From positions 7,626,001 through 7,690,000 of the forward strand of contig JAWMAR010000030.1 of assembly GCA_036785375.1 (NCBI GenBank): 64,000 bases of DNA, given 5' to 3'. This DNA comes from Leucoraja ocellata. Lineage: Eukaryota. Position numbers and translations under genes: made by a program. The notes beneath the pieces were generated by a model. That model saw only the letters and a program-made list of their open reading frames with translations, was not told the DNA's origin and did not search any database. This document shows positions 1 through 12,300 of this stretch, piece by piece; positions within the stretch are counted from its first letter, which is position 1; every line of letters begins with the position of its first letter.

Positions 1-286
1 CATTCAAAGATAGCTGTTTCAAATATAATTAAGTGCCCTGGAATGATGAGGTATGAAAAGACTTTATAAAAATCAAGGGTCTTTCAACAGGCATAACTAA
101 TTACAGTGCGATTAAAGGATATAGTTTACATTCAAATTTACACCTTGTTAATGGATCACCTCTGCTGATGCAATACCCTTAAAATTAAAATTAAGCGTAA
201 CTCTGCGAGCAAACGTATTGAGTATGAGAGGTCATGCTAGCTTCGTCCTCGTCTTTCATCCCAAGTTGAGAAGAATGGAGGCTTAC

Positions 287-337
287 CTTTGGACCTGGGG
301 GGCCCTCAGGCCCAGGTATTCCTGGCGGCCCAATAAC
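287..337 (-). CDS. Collagen exon 26 (51 nt) [17 protein letters not shown]
   Basis: ttttgcag acceptor, gtaagc donor, phase 0. Confidence 0.93.
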
Positions 338-3300
338 CTGCAAAAGGAAGAAACATCTTTCAGTGTATACACTAGGCAAACTTTGCAAAAGGTTCATGAA
401 ACAGTGGACTGTGCTGTGCAGGTTCTGATTGTGACTTGTAAAATGGATAGTAGTTTGCTGATTGAGTGGAAATCCTTTTACATGTTGCCATTTGACAGAC
501 AAAAAGATTTCGGGGGATTTAGGCCAAATACGGGCTAATGGGACCAGCTCAGATGGGGTATCTTGGTCAGCATGGATGAGTTGGACCGAAGGGCTGGTTT
601 CCATGCTGTATGACATTAAACACACCAAATCACACATACGTCAGTAATACCCAGAGCTATCTTTTGTCTAATTCTTAGATTTAATTGTTTCCAAAATCTG
701 ATTTTGCTGGATGAAAAATGTTTTGTGTTTTTTTTACAATTTGCTTCAAGTTTCATCTGAAATTGTCCTTTCCTGTGATCTGGATTGCATTGCAAGCTTC
801 AATGGTCATTTTCAGAAAAGGGTAAATTTGTAAAGAAGATACATTTTCAGGGCTAGGGACTAATAGCAAAGTTCTTTCTAAGAGGTGGAATTGCAAATTG
901 GGTGAATAGCCCCCCTTTTGGATGCCCTCTGGTACAAACATAGGGCATCGATCCTGCCCTCGGCTGCTGCATGTGTGGTGTTTGCACGTTCTCCCTGTGA
1001 CTGCGTAGGTTTCCTCCGGGTGCAAAGGTTTCCTCCCACATCCCAAAGACGTACGGGTTTGTAGGTCAATTGGTCTCTGTAAATTGCCCCCAATGTGTAG
1101 GGAGTGGATGGCAAAATGGGATAACATTGAACTTGTGTGAACGGGTGATCAATGGTCAGCCTGGACTTGGTGGAGAGAACGGTTTGTTTCCATCTCTAAA
1201 AACAAAACAAAAACTAGAAAAGGATCTAAATCAGGCACTGGGATGAAGAGTGGGAATTAAATAGGGCTAGATGTTAAATGGAAGTGGTTAAATGTAATGG
1301 GAACTTAAACGGGATGGAGAGGAAATCGAGACCAGCAGCCATTTCCTTGGCACCAATATGGTACTATTCTTCAAGACCACTTTGACCCTATAGTGTTAAG
1401 CACCAAAATGAAGCGAGCATCAGCTGCAGATACTCACAGTTGAGCCTGGAAGTCCAACAGGGCCTGGCAATCCAGGAGGGCCTTGTAATCCTGGCTCTCC
1501 CCTTTCTCCTTTTTCACCTGTGGGCCCATCTAAACCCTAAACACATAATACAAAAGGAAACTACTTCAGGGCATTGAAGGCTAATTCAAAATGCTCTAGT
1601 CTAAGTGTTCAAGAAGGAACTGCAGATGCTGGAAGATCGAAGGTACGCAAAAATGCTGGAGAAACTCAGCGGGTGCAGCAGCATCTATGGAGCGAAGGAA
1701 ATAGGCGATGTTTTGGGCCGAAGAAGGGTTTTCGGCCCGAAACGTCGCCTATTTCCTTCGCTCAATAGATGCTGCTGCACCCGCTGAGTTTCTCCAGTAT
1801 TTTTGTGTACCTTTATGCTCTAGTCTAAGTTGGATTGGTCAGAAATGGGATAGTATTTCAAAAGTAAAGTAACATTTAAGTCTTCTGACTCAACTAACAC
1901 TATAGGGTCAATTTAACTGCAGTTAATGCAAGAAGAATTTATCGTATTTCATAACTTAGCCAGTCTGGTCAACATGTAAAACTTTTGCAGTTCATGATTA
2001 TAAATGAAAACCTTTTGCATATAATTGTCAAAATATTTAACTATGATGAAGATTGGACAGATTTATATTAATGTTTATAGACTCGAGGGCGTATATCTGA
2101 AGTGAGGTTTTGAAGACTTGAACTCACAGGTGATCCGACCATTCCGGTATCTCCTTTGGCTCCCTTGGGACCGGGGAATCCCATAATTCCTGCCTCGCCC
2201 TTGGTTCCTTCGGGTCCCAGTGGCCCTTGTGGACCTGAGGGTCCAAAGTCTCCTGGCTTCCCGCGGGGGCCCTGAGAGGATTAAACCATGTTATCCAGAC
2301 AAACTCTTATTGCCACAAGAAGGGTGAACAAGGGTAAAGACAGATTATGTGAACTCTGTACGCCCATGACGAACAGTGGCTTTTTAAAAATGCAATATTA
2401 CCTTTTCTCCATCAAGTCCTGGTACCCCCGGTAGGCCTATTTCACCCTATAAAAATAGAGTAACATATCAGTAAATACATTCTGCCAATGCATAGCAAAC
2501 AAACTGATTGTGTTTTAGAAACAAGTACGGTGGTGCATAGGTAGCGTTGCTGCCTTGCAGTGACTAAGAGCTGGGTTCAATCTTGACCACGGGTGCTGTC
2601 TGTACAGAGTTTGTACGTTCTTCCCATGACCGCATGGGTTTTCTCCGAGATCTTCGGTTTCCTCGCACATTCCAAAGATGTACAGGTTTGTAGGTTAATT
2701 GGCTTGGTGTGTAGGATAGTGTTGTACAGCTTTTAAAAAATATATATATTAAAGAAAGATTAGAATAAGAAAAAGAGATTAGATAGTAAAGGATAGAAAG
2801 ACGTGAGATATATAGTGTGTGAAGAAAAAGAAAGAAGACGGATGAGTGAAGAAAGTTGAGAAAAAGGAAATAGGAAAAAGAGAATAAAACATAAATTAAA
2901 AAAAAAAAAAAAAAAAAAAGTAAGGAGATCATCATTTATAATCTTGACCAACCCTTGTCCGGTCCTGAAACAGTTATTTTTTACAATTGTGTTGCACCAT
3001 ATGATTCCAAAAAGACGACAAATGGAGACCAACTCGTTATGAATTGGTCTGATTTATCCATTAGGAGGAATCGCATTTCCTCAAGATGAGCGGTGGCCAA
3101 CATACTTGCAATCCACATTTTAAGCGTTGGTATTGATGTATTTTTCCAAAATTTAAGTATTAATTTTTTTGCTATTATTAAACCATAGTTAAAATAAATT
3201 TTGAGATGTGTTCAATTTATTCCCATCTTCCATTATGCCAAATATAATCATTTCAGTATTAGGTTCCATTCTTATCTTAAATAATTTTGTAAATATTTCG

Positions 3301-6300
3301 AAAATATCACTCCAAAATCTATAAAGATTTATGCAGGAAACTAAGGAGTGTGTTATAGTTGCATTTTGGGATAGACATTTATCACAAATGGCGGATATAT
3401 TTGGATAAAATTTGTTCAATCTTGTTTTTGAATAATATAATCTATGTAAAATTTTAAATTGAATTAGGTTATGTCTTACATTAATCGAACATTTGTGAAT
3501 ATATATCAAGTACTTTTCCCATGTAACCTTCGTAATTTTTATCATTAGTTCCCGTTCCCACTCTTCTCTAAGTACCTCTGTCGATGGTAGGTCTATATTT
3601 AAAATACTATTATATAAATATGTGTTAGGATAGTGTTAATGTGCGGGGATTGATGGTCTATGGGGACTCAATGGGCTGAAGGGCCTGTTTTCGTGCTGTA
3701 TTTCTAAACCAAAAAAAAACAAAACTAAAGTAACTGCAGATGCTGGGTTTACAAAAAAAAGGCACAAAGCATCTTCAGATGGTCTGAAGATGAGTCCTGA
3801 CCCGAAATGTCATCTATCCATGTTCTCTAAAGATTCTACCTGACCCACTGAGTTATTTCAGCACTTTAATTGTATTTCAGCTTGCATTTCAAGGTACTTA
3901 AGACATTTCAGTATAAATTCCCAAGTCGCTAACAAGCAACAAACGCAATACAACATTGGGAAAGAAGTGTTTATATTTGCTACTGTATGAAAATGTTTCA
4001 AAAACCAGGAAGCTTCTAATAACAAATACAGCAAAGGAAGTCTTTTTAATATTTATGGGGCTGAAATGAGTATTGCGAGACAGTAAATTGGGAGCCAGTT
4101 TGTATTGNNNNNNNNNNNNNNNNNNNNNNNNNNNNNNNNNNNNNNNNNNNNNNNNNNNNNNNNNNNNNNNNNNNNNNNNNNNNNNNNNNNNNNNNNNNNN
4201 NNNNNNNNNNNNNNNNNNNNNNNNNNNNNNNNNNNNGGCATATATGCATGCACTGAACTTTTTCTCGTTTATTATATTACTTACAGTGTTCTAGGTTTAC
4301 ATATTCCATTGTGCTGCTGCAAGTAAGAATTTAATTGTTCTATCTGGGACATTTGACAATAAAACACTCTAAACTCATGAAAAGCGCCCCGGGTGTAAAA
4401 CAAGTGGAAATCATTACTGTCAACGTGGAAGCTTTCCTGCTTTGAGTCAATTAACTGGGTGAAAACATACCTTCTGGCCTGGTAGACCTGGCATTCCTGG
4501 AACTCCTGGAGGTCCCTAAACATAAATGATACATGTCCTCATCAGTTCATCAGGATAGCGTGACATATTAAGTCATAACCTTGATTTTAGACTGCAAAAT
4601 CATGTAGAATTTCATCCAAAAGTACAATCTGGTGCAATGTTTTTGGCCCATGCCACAATCATGGCCAATATGTATTATTCCTTTAATAACTCAAACAGAA
4701 AAGATATGCCATTATTGTCCAATTCCATGAAACAGAAATGAAATTGAAGGGAAGATCTGCATCATTTTGTTGGGAAACACTTTACAGATAATGATGTCAT
4801 CACTGTTGCAATGTGATGGGTGTGGCAGCCATTTTGTGCACGGCAAGCTCCCATGAACAGAAATGCAACCAATAACTAGAGGTTGTGATGTTCAGTGAGG
4901 ATAAAGGTTGGCCATAATGCCATAGAGAAATACTTTGATCTTCAAAACAGACCCACGGGATCTTCTGCATCCACATGTGAGAGGCTACTAGGCCTCATCT
5001 GAAATACAGCACTTCCTGCAGTACAGCACTCCCTCAGAGTGGGGGAAATCAGTGAGAGTTAAATGCTCAGGCCTCTGGGTTGGGCCTTGAACCTACGATT
5101 GCTAGGAACTATGCCATAGATAATGATACTGGATTCTTGATTTGGTTCTTTCTTTATTCATAATGGAATCATGGAGCAGGATAGAAGATGCAGCCTTGAC
5201 CTTGGTGCAAGAATTGGGCAGTTTCTGCTCTCATCCATTTATGCAGAAGTGAATCAATACTGTGTACTTCAACACAGCAGGTTGGTGTGAGCTGGTGCTT
5301 AATGCAGGAAATGTCGTGAAACCAGGCATGCAGGTATCATTCCAAATGAAGCGGGGTGAATGCATGGGAAGAGAATCAGTTGCAAGCAGAGGAAAGGAAC
5401 TAATTTGAGAGCTGTTTTAATCATAAGCACAATAGACTCAACGGTCTTCACTTATGGCGTGTGACTCTACCATTTGTAAATTGATCTGTTCACACCACCC
5501 CTGGACTATTTACAAAATATATACAGCCACATTGCAGAAAACAACTACAGTGCGTAACTCGGCTCTTAAATAACGTGTACCTGGAGTGCTTCATTGATGT
5601 TACCATTATAGTCAATTATCTCAGTTTTTCCTGCTTCGCCTTTCATACCTGGAAGGCCCTATAGAACAGACATGAGGAATTAAACAACACACTGTTAGAG
5701 TCAGCCTGAAACCTGCCTAATTGAAGCTCATTTTATTCATTCCACAGCCAAACTGGAGGATTAGTGGATGATCTTCAACCATAAATTGTGTCTACAGAGT
5801 ATATGACTTCCCCAGTTTTTAAATGTATTATTTATGATATACAAACCACATCCAATGTAAAATCAGTCAGAAAAAAATGCATAATGTTGAGACTGTTTGT
5901 CCCACCCCCCCCCCCCCCCCCCCCACTTTAAAATTGAAGTCATACTGTAATCTCAGAGAAAAGTGGGAATCACTTTTCATAATCTGCTATTTGTTCCCAC
6001 ACAAGACGGAGGGGTGGGGTTGTAGCTGTGGATGTAGAAACGGAAGGAGGTAGGAGAAGGTGAAAAAGGCTAGAGTGTGTGAGTGTGCGAGTGAGTAAGT
6101 GAATGTGTCTCTCGGGGTCTTTGTGTGGGTATGGGCATATGAGGGTATGCATATTTGTGTATATGCATATGTGTGTATATGCTTAGGCGTGTTTGTGTGT
6201 GATCACATGTGTTGGCATGTGCCTGTTCATACATGTATGTGTGCATATCATTTCCAAATGTAGCAAAACAGCTGCTTTGTCTCTCCTTAGAGGAATTAAT

Positions 6301-9300
6301 TACTAAAACAAACTTGCTTTACATTGAATGTCACCAACTACCAAAGCCAAACTCACCTGAACTCCTCGTTCACCCAATTCACCCTGCAAGAAATACCATA
6401 ACAAATGTTTACTTGAATATTGCAAAAACATGATAGGAGTACAACAATAATTATTCTCCTGGTAACGCCTTCTAATGGTGGCTTTGATAATATCAAGGAG
6501 CTCCAGTGAAGGAAACAAGAGAATATTGAACCCAGGTGCAACTGAGGAGATGGAAACAGGTCACCAGGTGTGGGAAGGTTCAGAAGGACTCTCCTGGGAG
6601 ATGAGGATGATCTTTCACCTGAAAACTGGCACCCTCCTCTATCCTGGAACAACCCCCTACAGACCTGTACACAGGACATCTTCCCAAAGCCCCCCCTCTG
6701 TGTGTTTCTCACTCAAGTGAGTCCCCTCCAATGACTATCATAAAAACAGTCTACACTTCTGGACATCACTCTCCATCTACAGAATCCCTCCTTTCCCAAC
6801 AACCCAGGTCCGTTCTTGACCTAGCCTTCATCTGCTAGCTGAGCCTTTCCACCTTCACTCATAAAGGGAATGAAACAACGACATTGTAATGCACTGCAGA
6901 GTCAAATTAATGAATGGACAGAAATACATGAGGGTGGGCCTCTCTCCGCTTGTTCCCTACACCAGGAACAGGTGATTCCAAACTGCAGATAGTGCGGAGT
7001 GCTCTCGGGTCACTTTGCCAGGTATTGAATTAATGTGCCGACTCCAGTGAGCTGAGCCCCAAACCCCAACAATCCATCCAGTTCCAATACCACCTTGTGG
7101 ATAAGACATTAAACTAGTTGGCTGTAAATTGTTTCCCTGCACGAGCTTAAAGAAATACAGTGGAATTGTCTCCAATGCCCTGGCCAATGTTTATCCCTCA
7201 CTCAGCACCCTGAAGCAGATACATAAGTGTGATTACCCACTTGTTGTGGACCTCACTTTGCTCACATGTCCTGTACCCCTCATTACATTGATGACCATGA
7301 AAGAACTTCATCAACTTCAATGACATTTTGGGTATCCTGAGGTTAGGAAAGGTGCTGTAGGAGTGCAAGTTCTTTCTCTCTAAAATTGACGCGAGTCACA
7401 ACAGACTTCATTCACAGTTTTAAATTTTGATTAGAATAATTTGCTATCATTATGGGGATTAATGAAGAAATAAATGGATACGCACCTTCTGACCTGGAGG
7501 GCCTACAGGTCCAGGCAGGCCTGAATCACCCTTAATTCCACCAGCAGCAGATCCTGGCTCTCCTCCTTCCCCCTGTTTAAGGAGACCACATTGTTCCATT
7601 AAACACAGATGTAGATTAGTGATCATCTATTATTTATCCACAATTGGCAATCTTCTTGTTGGACTCAAATAACAGTGCAACAGATAAAAACTGAAAGGCG
7701 CACACCTTTGTGAATGGACCCAAGAAACATCAGCGAGTCTCGGATTTTTAAGCGCATGACGCTGAAGTCCAAGTCTCACTGAGTGATAAATGGTTGCTCC
7801 AACACTGGATTTCATGGAGAGACCAATGAAAGAGCCCAAGGTAGACACAAAATGCAGGAGTAACAGTGAGTCAGGCAGCATCTCTGGTGAAAAGGGATAG
7901 GTGACATTTTGGATCGAGACCCTTCTTCAGAGGAAGAAAGACTTCAGTCTTCCAAAAGATCAGAGACCTCCATTGATTTCAGATACTCTTTCAGGCTTGT
8001 AGAATGCACGATTTGCTTTTAATTGAATGTCATACTCGAATATTTAATGACGTTATCATTCTTATGCATTTTTAATGCATGTTATATTTCTGGTGTCAGA
8101 AATATTTAAAAATGTTAAGACATAAGATTTTGCCAGAAGACAAATCTCCACGGACAGATTTGCCTCCTTTTAATGCCTGTTCAGGCCGTGCTGGAAACAT
8201 TGGGGGAGTGTAGCTTCAGTTCTACACCATTGCTGCTGATTCCTTGCCTTCTGACCTCAGTTTGCAGACGGGCCGACAAGATTGATCCTTCTAATCCGGA
8301 CATGATGGGAACCACAGTGTTTCCAGCAGAAGTGACGAGCTCTGGGTCTAGCATCTCTGGGTCTGACAGTCTACAAAAGTCACTTCAACACCATCCAAAC
8401 TTTGGTTGTTCGTGTACATAGTTCTAGAATAGTGGCAGTCAGCTATTCTTATATAATTAGCACAATGGCTTCTTTGGTTTCAAGTCATTGCTGCCATTTT
8501 ATTATTCTACCAATCAAAGTAATGTTAGGTAACAAAAACCCCGCATTTATATTGCGTCTTTAATGAAAGAAAGTTCCTAATGAGCATTGTCAGCCAAAAT
8601 AGTAGAAATATTAGGTTACCAAAAGCTTGATTGTTTGAAGGCAAAAAATACCTTAAAGGTGGAGAGGGGAAGGGAGGGAGGGGAGAGAGAGAGAGTGAAA
8701 GAGAGAGTAAGGGAAGTCTGGATGTTGGCATCCAGAACTTCCTAATTTTGTAGTTCTGCCCCAACTTTGGGGTCAACATGATATTAACATTTTAAATTAA
8801 ATTCAAAATATGACTGCAAAATTAAATTATACTGCATACTTTTTTTTCCTTAATATTTATATGCTTTTAAACCGATGAGATGACTGGAAGCAATGAGAAA
8901 GCATAGGGCTGATGTGGCTTTAAATTCTGCTGGCTGAGGTCTAGTCACACTGTTCCCCTGTGCCCCCATCCACAGAACAAATGTAATGACAAGGTTTGGC
9001 TTTGTTAGATACAGCGCGGAAACAGGCTCTTTGGCCTACCGAGTCTGCACCGACCATCGATCCCTGCACATTAGCACTATCCTACACACACACACACTAG
9101 GGACAATTTACACATACTCCAAGCCAATTAACCTACAAACCTGTATATCTTTGGTGTGTGGGGGAAAAACGAAGATCTCAAGATAAAACACACGTGGGTC
9201 ACGGGGAGAAGGTACAAACTCCGTACAGTCAGCACCCGTAGTCAGGAAGGAACTTGGGTCTCTGCCGACGTAAGGAAGCGACTCTACCACTGTAACACCA

Positions 9301-12300
9301 TGCCGCAGGGTGGCAGGTCAGTGGGTTCCAAGTTGTTGCAGGTATCCCGCTAGGTGAGTAACCTGGTGGATCATTTGGTGATGGCGTGGAGTAGGGTGAA
9401 GGAGGTAAAATCTGTCACCATGTTGCCTGCAGTGTTGCTGAAGGACAGCATGTGGACAACAGATCAGTTAGGTCAAAGATAGATCCCTGTGCACAGATGC
9501 ACAGATAATTTGTTTATAAAAATGAAGAAATACTGTAGATATTCCCATTTTGTTCCAGTCAGACAGGGGTGCGCTAATGAACAGTTCATATTGCCACTCA
9601 TTTCAAATAAACAAGCCCTTAATTGATGCCAGTTATCTGTGTGAGGTATTCTATATAAAGTAGCTTCTGAAAGAGCAGACTTACTTTCTGCCCTGGGGCA
9701 CCTTCAATCCCAGGTATGCCACTTTCACCCTGTACAATATAAACACCCATGTTAGAAATCAAGCAACATTAGTGTCTATTGCAAGCTAGCAATATCCCAA
9801 TTCGATAAGAGGGTTTCAAATTCAGAGTGAAAAAAATGCATTTTAAAATTAGAAACCAGCAGAGTATCTTCCGTCAAAATCTAGAAAATCAATTGGAAGT
9901 GAAAGAAGAATGAACTGTGATATTTCTTATCATTTTGCTGAGATTTTTCTTACTTAAAAACCATAACTCTCCTCTGCTGTAATGCTGGCCTGTAACCCGA
10001 ATCTAGCTTCCATATATCACCACGTTGTATATTACTATCCATCAAGGATAAGCTATTCGACAGCTATGAGACACGGAGGCTTTGCACAACTACAAAGCAA
10101 TATTTTAAAGAAAATTCACTGAACCAAAATGATGAAAGACACACATGCTAGAAAAATGGTAGAACCTGGCTTAGACATCTCCACTATCAATCACTGGGGT
10201 CAACTTTCTCTTGAACCTACTTTACTCCCCAATCTATACTCGTTTCACTCGAGTCTCAGAGCGCCCCTGTTCTGAAATATTAATGTGCTGTGACGTAATG
10301 TGTTCACAACAGCACCACAGCTCCACAGGTTAGCACTGCTTTGTTCTTGTTGTGGTCGGATGCCCATGAACTACGTGATTAAACATTTTTCAGTAACTTT
10401 CAGGAGTTAGTGAATGATTGTACACAGTACTTGTTAACTTATGCTCCATCCTCACAACATCCTGAATCACTATCCAACTGTTTACAAACATATTAATCAC
10501 CTGCAAAACTTAACAACACTCGGCTCTTTTTTTTAATACTCTAACAATTAAACTAGATTTTTTTCTGAATGCTCCATACTTGTATCTGATTATGGTTTGG
10601 GATGGTGCGAATTTTCATTACCATTGACGTAACAATTATTGTCACAACTTCTAGTGATTTGTGTGTGGGAGAGGAGTGATTTAAAATGATTTGCTCAGCT
10701 CTTGAATCCAATTAGCTGGTTTGCCATTGATTTTCTTTGTCCTAACTTTGGTTATAATCACTCATGGGGAAATTAATCAAATGTTTAAACAGTTGATTTT
10801 TATTAGTTTGACATAAAAATTAAGTTATTTCTTGTTGAAATTCACCAAATGTGTATTCATGGAGTGTGTGTACCAAAGGAGATGGGAATTGGTAAGAGAA
10901 TGAATGCAGGAGAGGATCACCTTGGAGCATTTTGAGAGATCAGGTATGAGAATACAAATAGCCAGTGCCTGCACCTCAATCTGATCTTCTTAAATAATGT
11001 TAAAAGTCTGTAAATATGGCAGAAGGCAATGGAAACTCTTCTTAAGATCTCGCAATGAAGTAACGCAAGGCAAGCAACCGCAAATCCAACCACATCAGAC
11101 CAAACATAATCATCTTCAGTGTGATTAAAATCTCACTGAGGTCCTGAATTCCTTCAGACAGGGTTACACTGAGGATCTTATACTGAATGGGTGGGGGACA
11201 TGCACATGCACATAGAGGAGATACTATCAGATGTTACCATCACATGCAGCTGTGCATCAAACAGTGCACAGGGACTTTCAATGTAAAGTGCCAACTTTAG
11301 CTGTGATTTCCCACACTACCCATGCATTGTAACTTCCAAAAATAACAAAGTCCATTGTCTGAATCAAACTTAAAGAGTCATCACACACATCTCCCCAAGT
11401 CCAGAGTTTGCGCTTAAATCACAATCTACATTCAAAGTGGAAATGAATATTTAATTATTTATTCTAAATTTTACAAAGCAAAATGCATCTAAAGTATCCA
11501 TACTGGAAGTGCTTACATCGAACCTCCAGCATAGAAACAGGACTTTCAGCCACACAGTTGGGTTGACATATTTATGTATTTTTCAGGATCTAAACATTGC
11601 TGACAAGGCTGGTATTTATTGTGCAGAGTGAATGGTGAATCAGCTCTCGAACTGGTGCAGTCTGTCTGTCCAAAAGGACTGCTCCAGCTCAAGACGGTGG
11701 TTCACCTTTACTGATGGGTAAGGACCTATAGAGTGGACAATGGCATTGACAGTTATGCAATCATCAGCAATCATCCCTACTTCTGATCATATAACAGAAA
11801 GAGGTTATTAATGAAGCACTTCAGGATGGCCGGGCCCAGGCCACTCCCTAATGTCCCTGTCCCACTTGGGAAACCTGAACGGAAACCTCGGGAGACTTTG
11901 CGCCCCACCCAAGGTTTCCGTGCGGTTCCCAGAGGCTGCAGGTGGTTGCCGGAGGTTGCAGGGAGTGGAAGCAGGTAGGGAGACTGACAAAAACCTCCGG
12001 GAAGCGCACGGAAACCTTGGGTGGGGCGCAAAGTCTCCAGAGGTTTCCGTTCAGGTTTCCTAAGTGGGACAGGGGCATTAGGAACTCAAATCAAGCGATC
12101 GTAGTCTGCAGAAACCTTGGATCATTTAATCCAGTGAACGTATCCTTATATTTTATGGGAATGGGAAGGGAGTTAAAATGATTAGTAATCGAGAGATCCA
12201 GCAGGCCTTGACAGACCGAGCTCAAGGGGTCAGCAAAACGATCGCCTAGTCTATGTTTGGGGTTGTCGATGTAAAGGAAGCCACATCAGAAACTCTGAGT

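Noticed and set aside
2564-3032. Hydrophobic F/L-rich ORFs resembling membrane proteins
   Set aside because: Translation of the pyrimidine-rich L1 3' UTR and SINE sequence.
4108-4236. Exon hidden in the N gap
   Set aside because: The flanking exons (..PGQK and GEIGLPG..) are directly adjacent in the recalled XIII sequence, so none is required; it cannot be fully excluded.
11777-12181. Mirror-image ORFs on both strands
   Set aside because: Artefact of the palindromic MITE.
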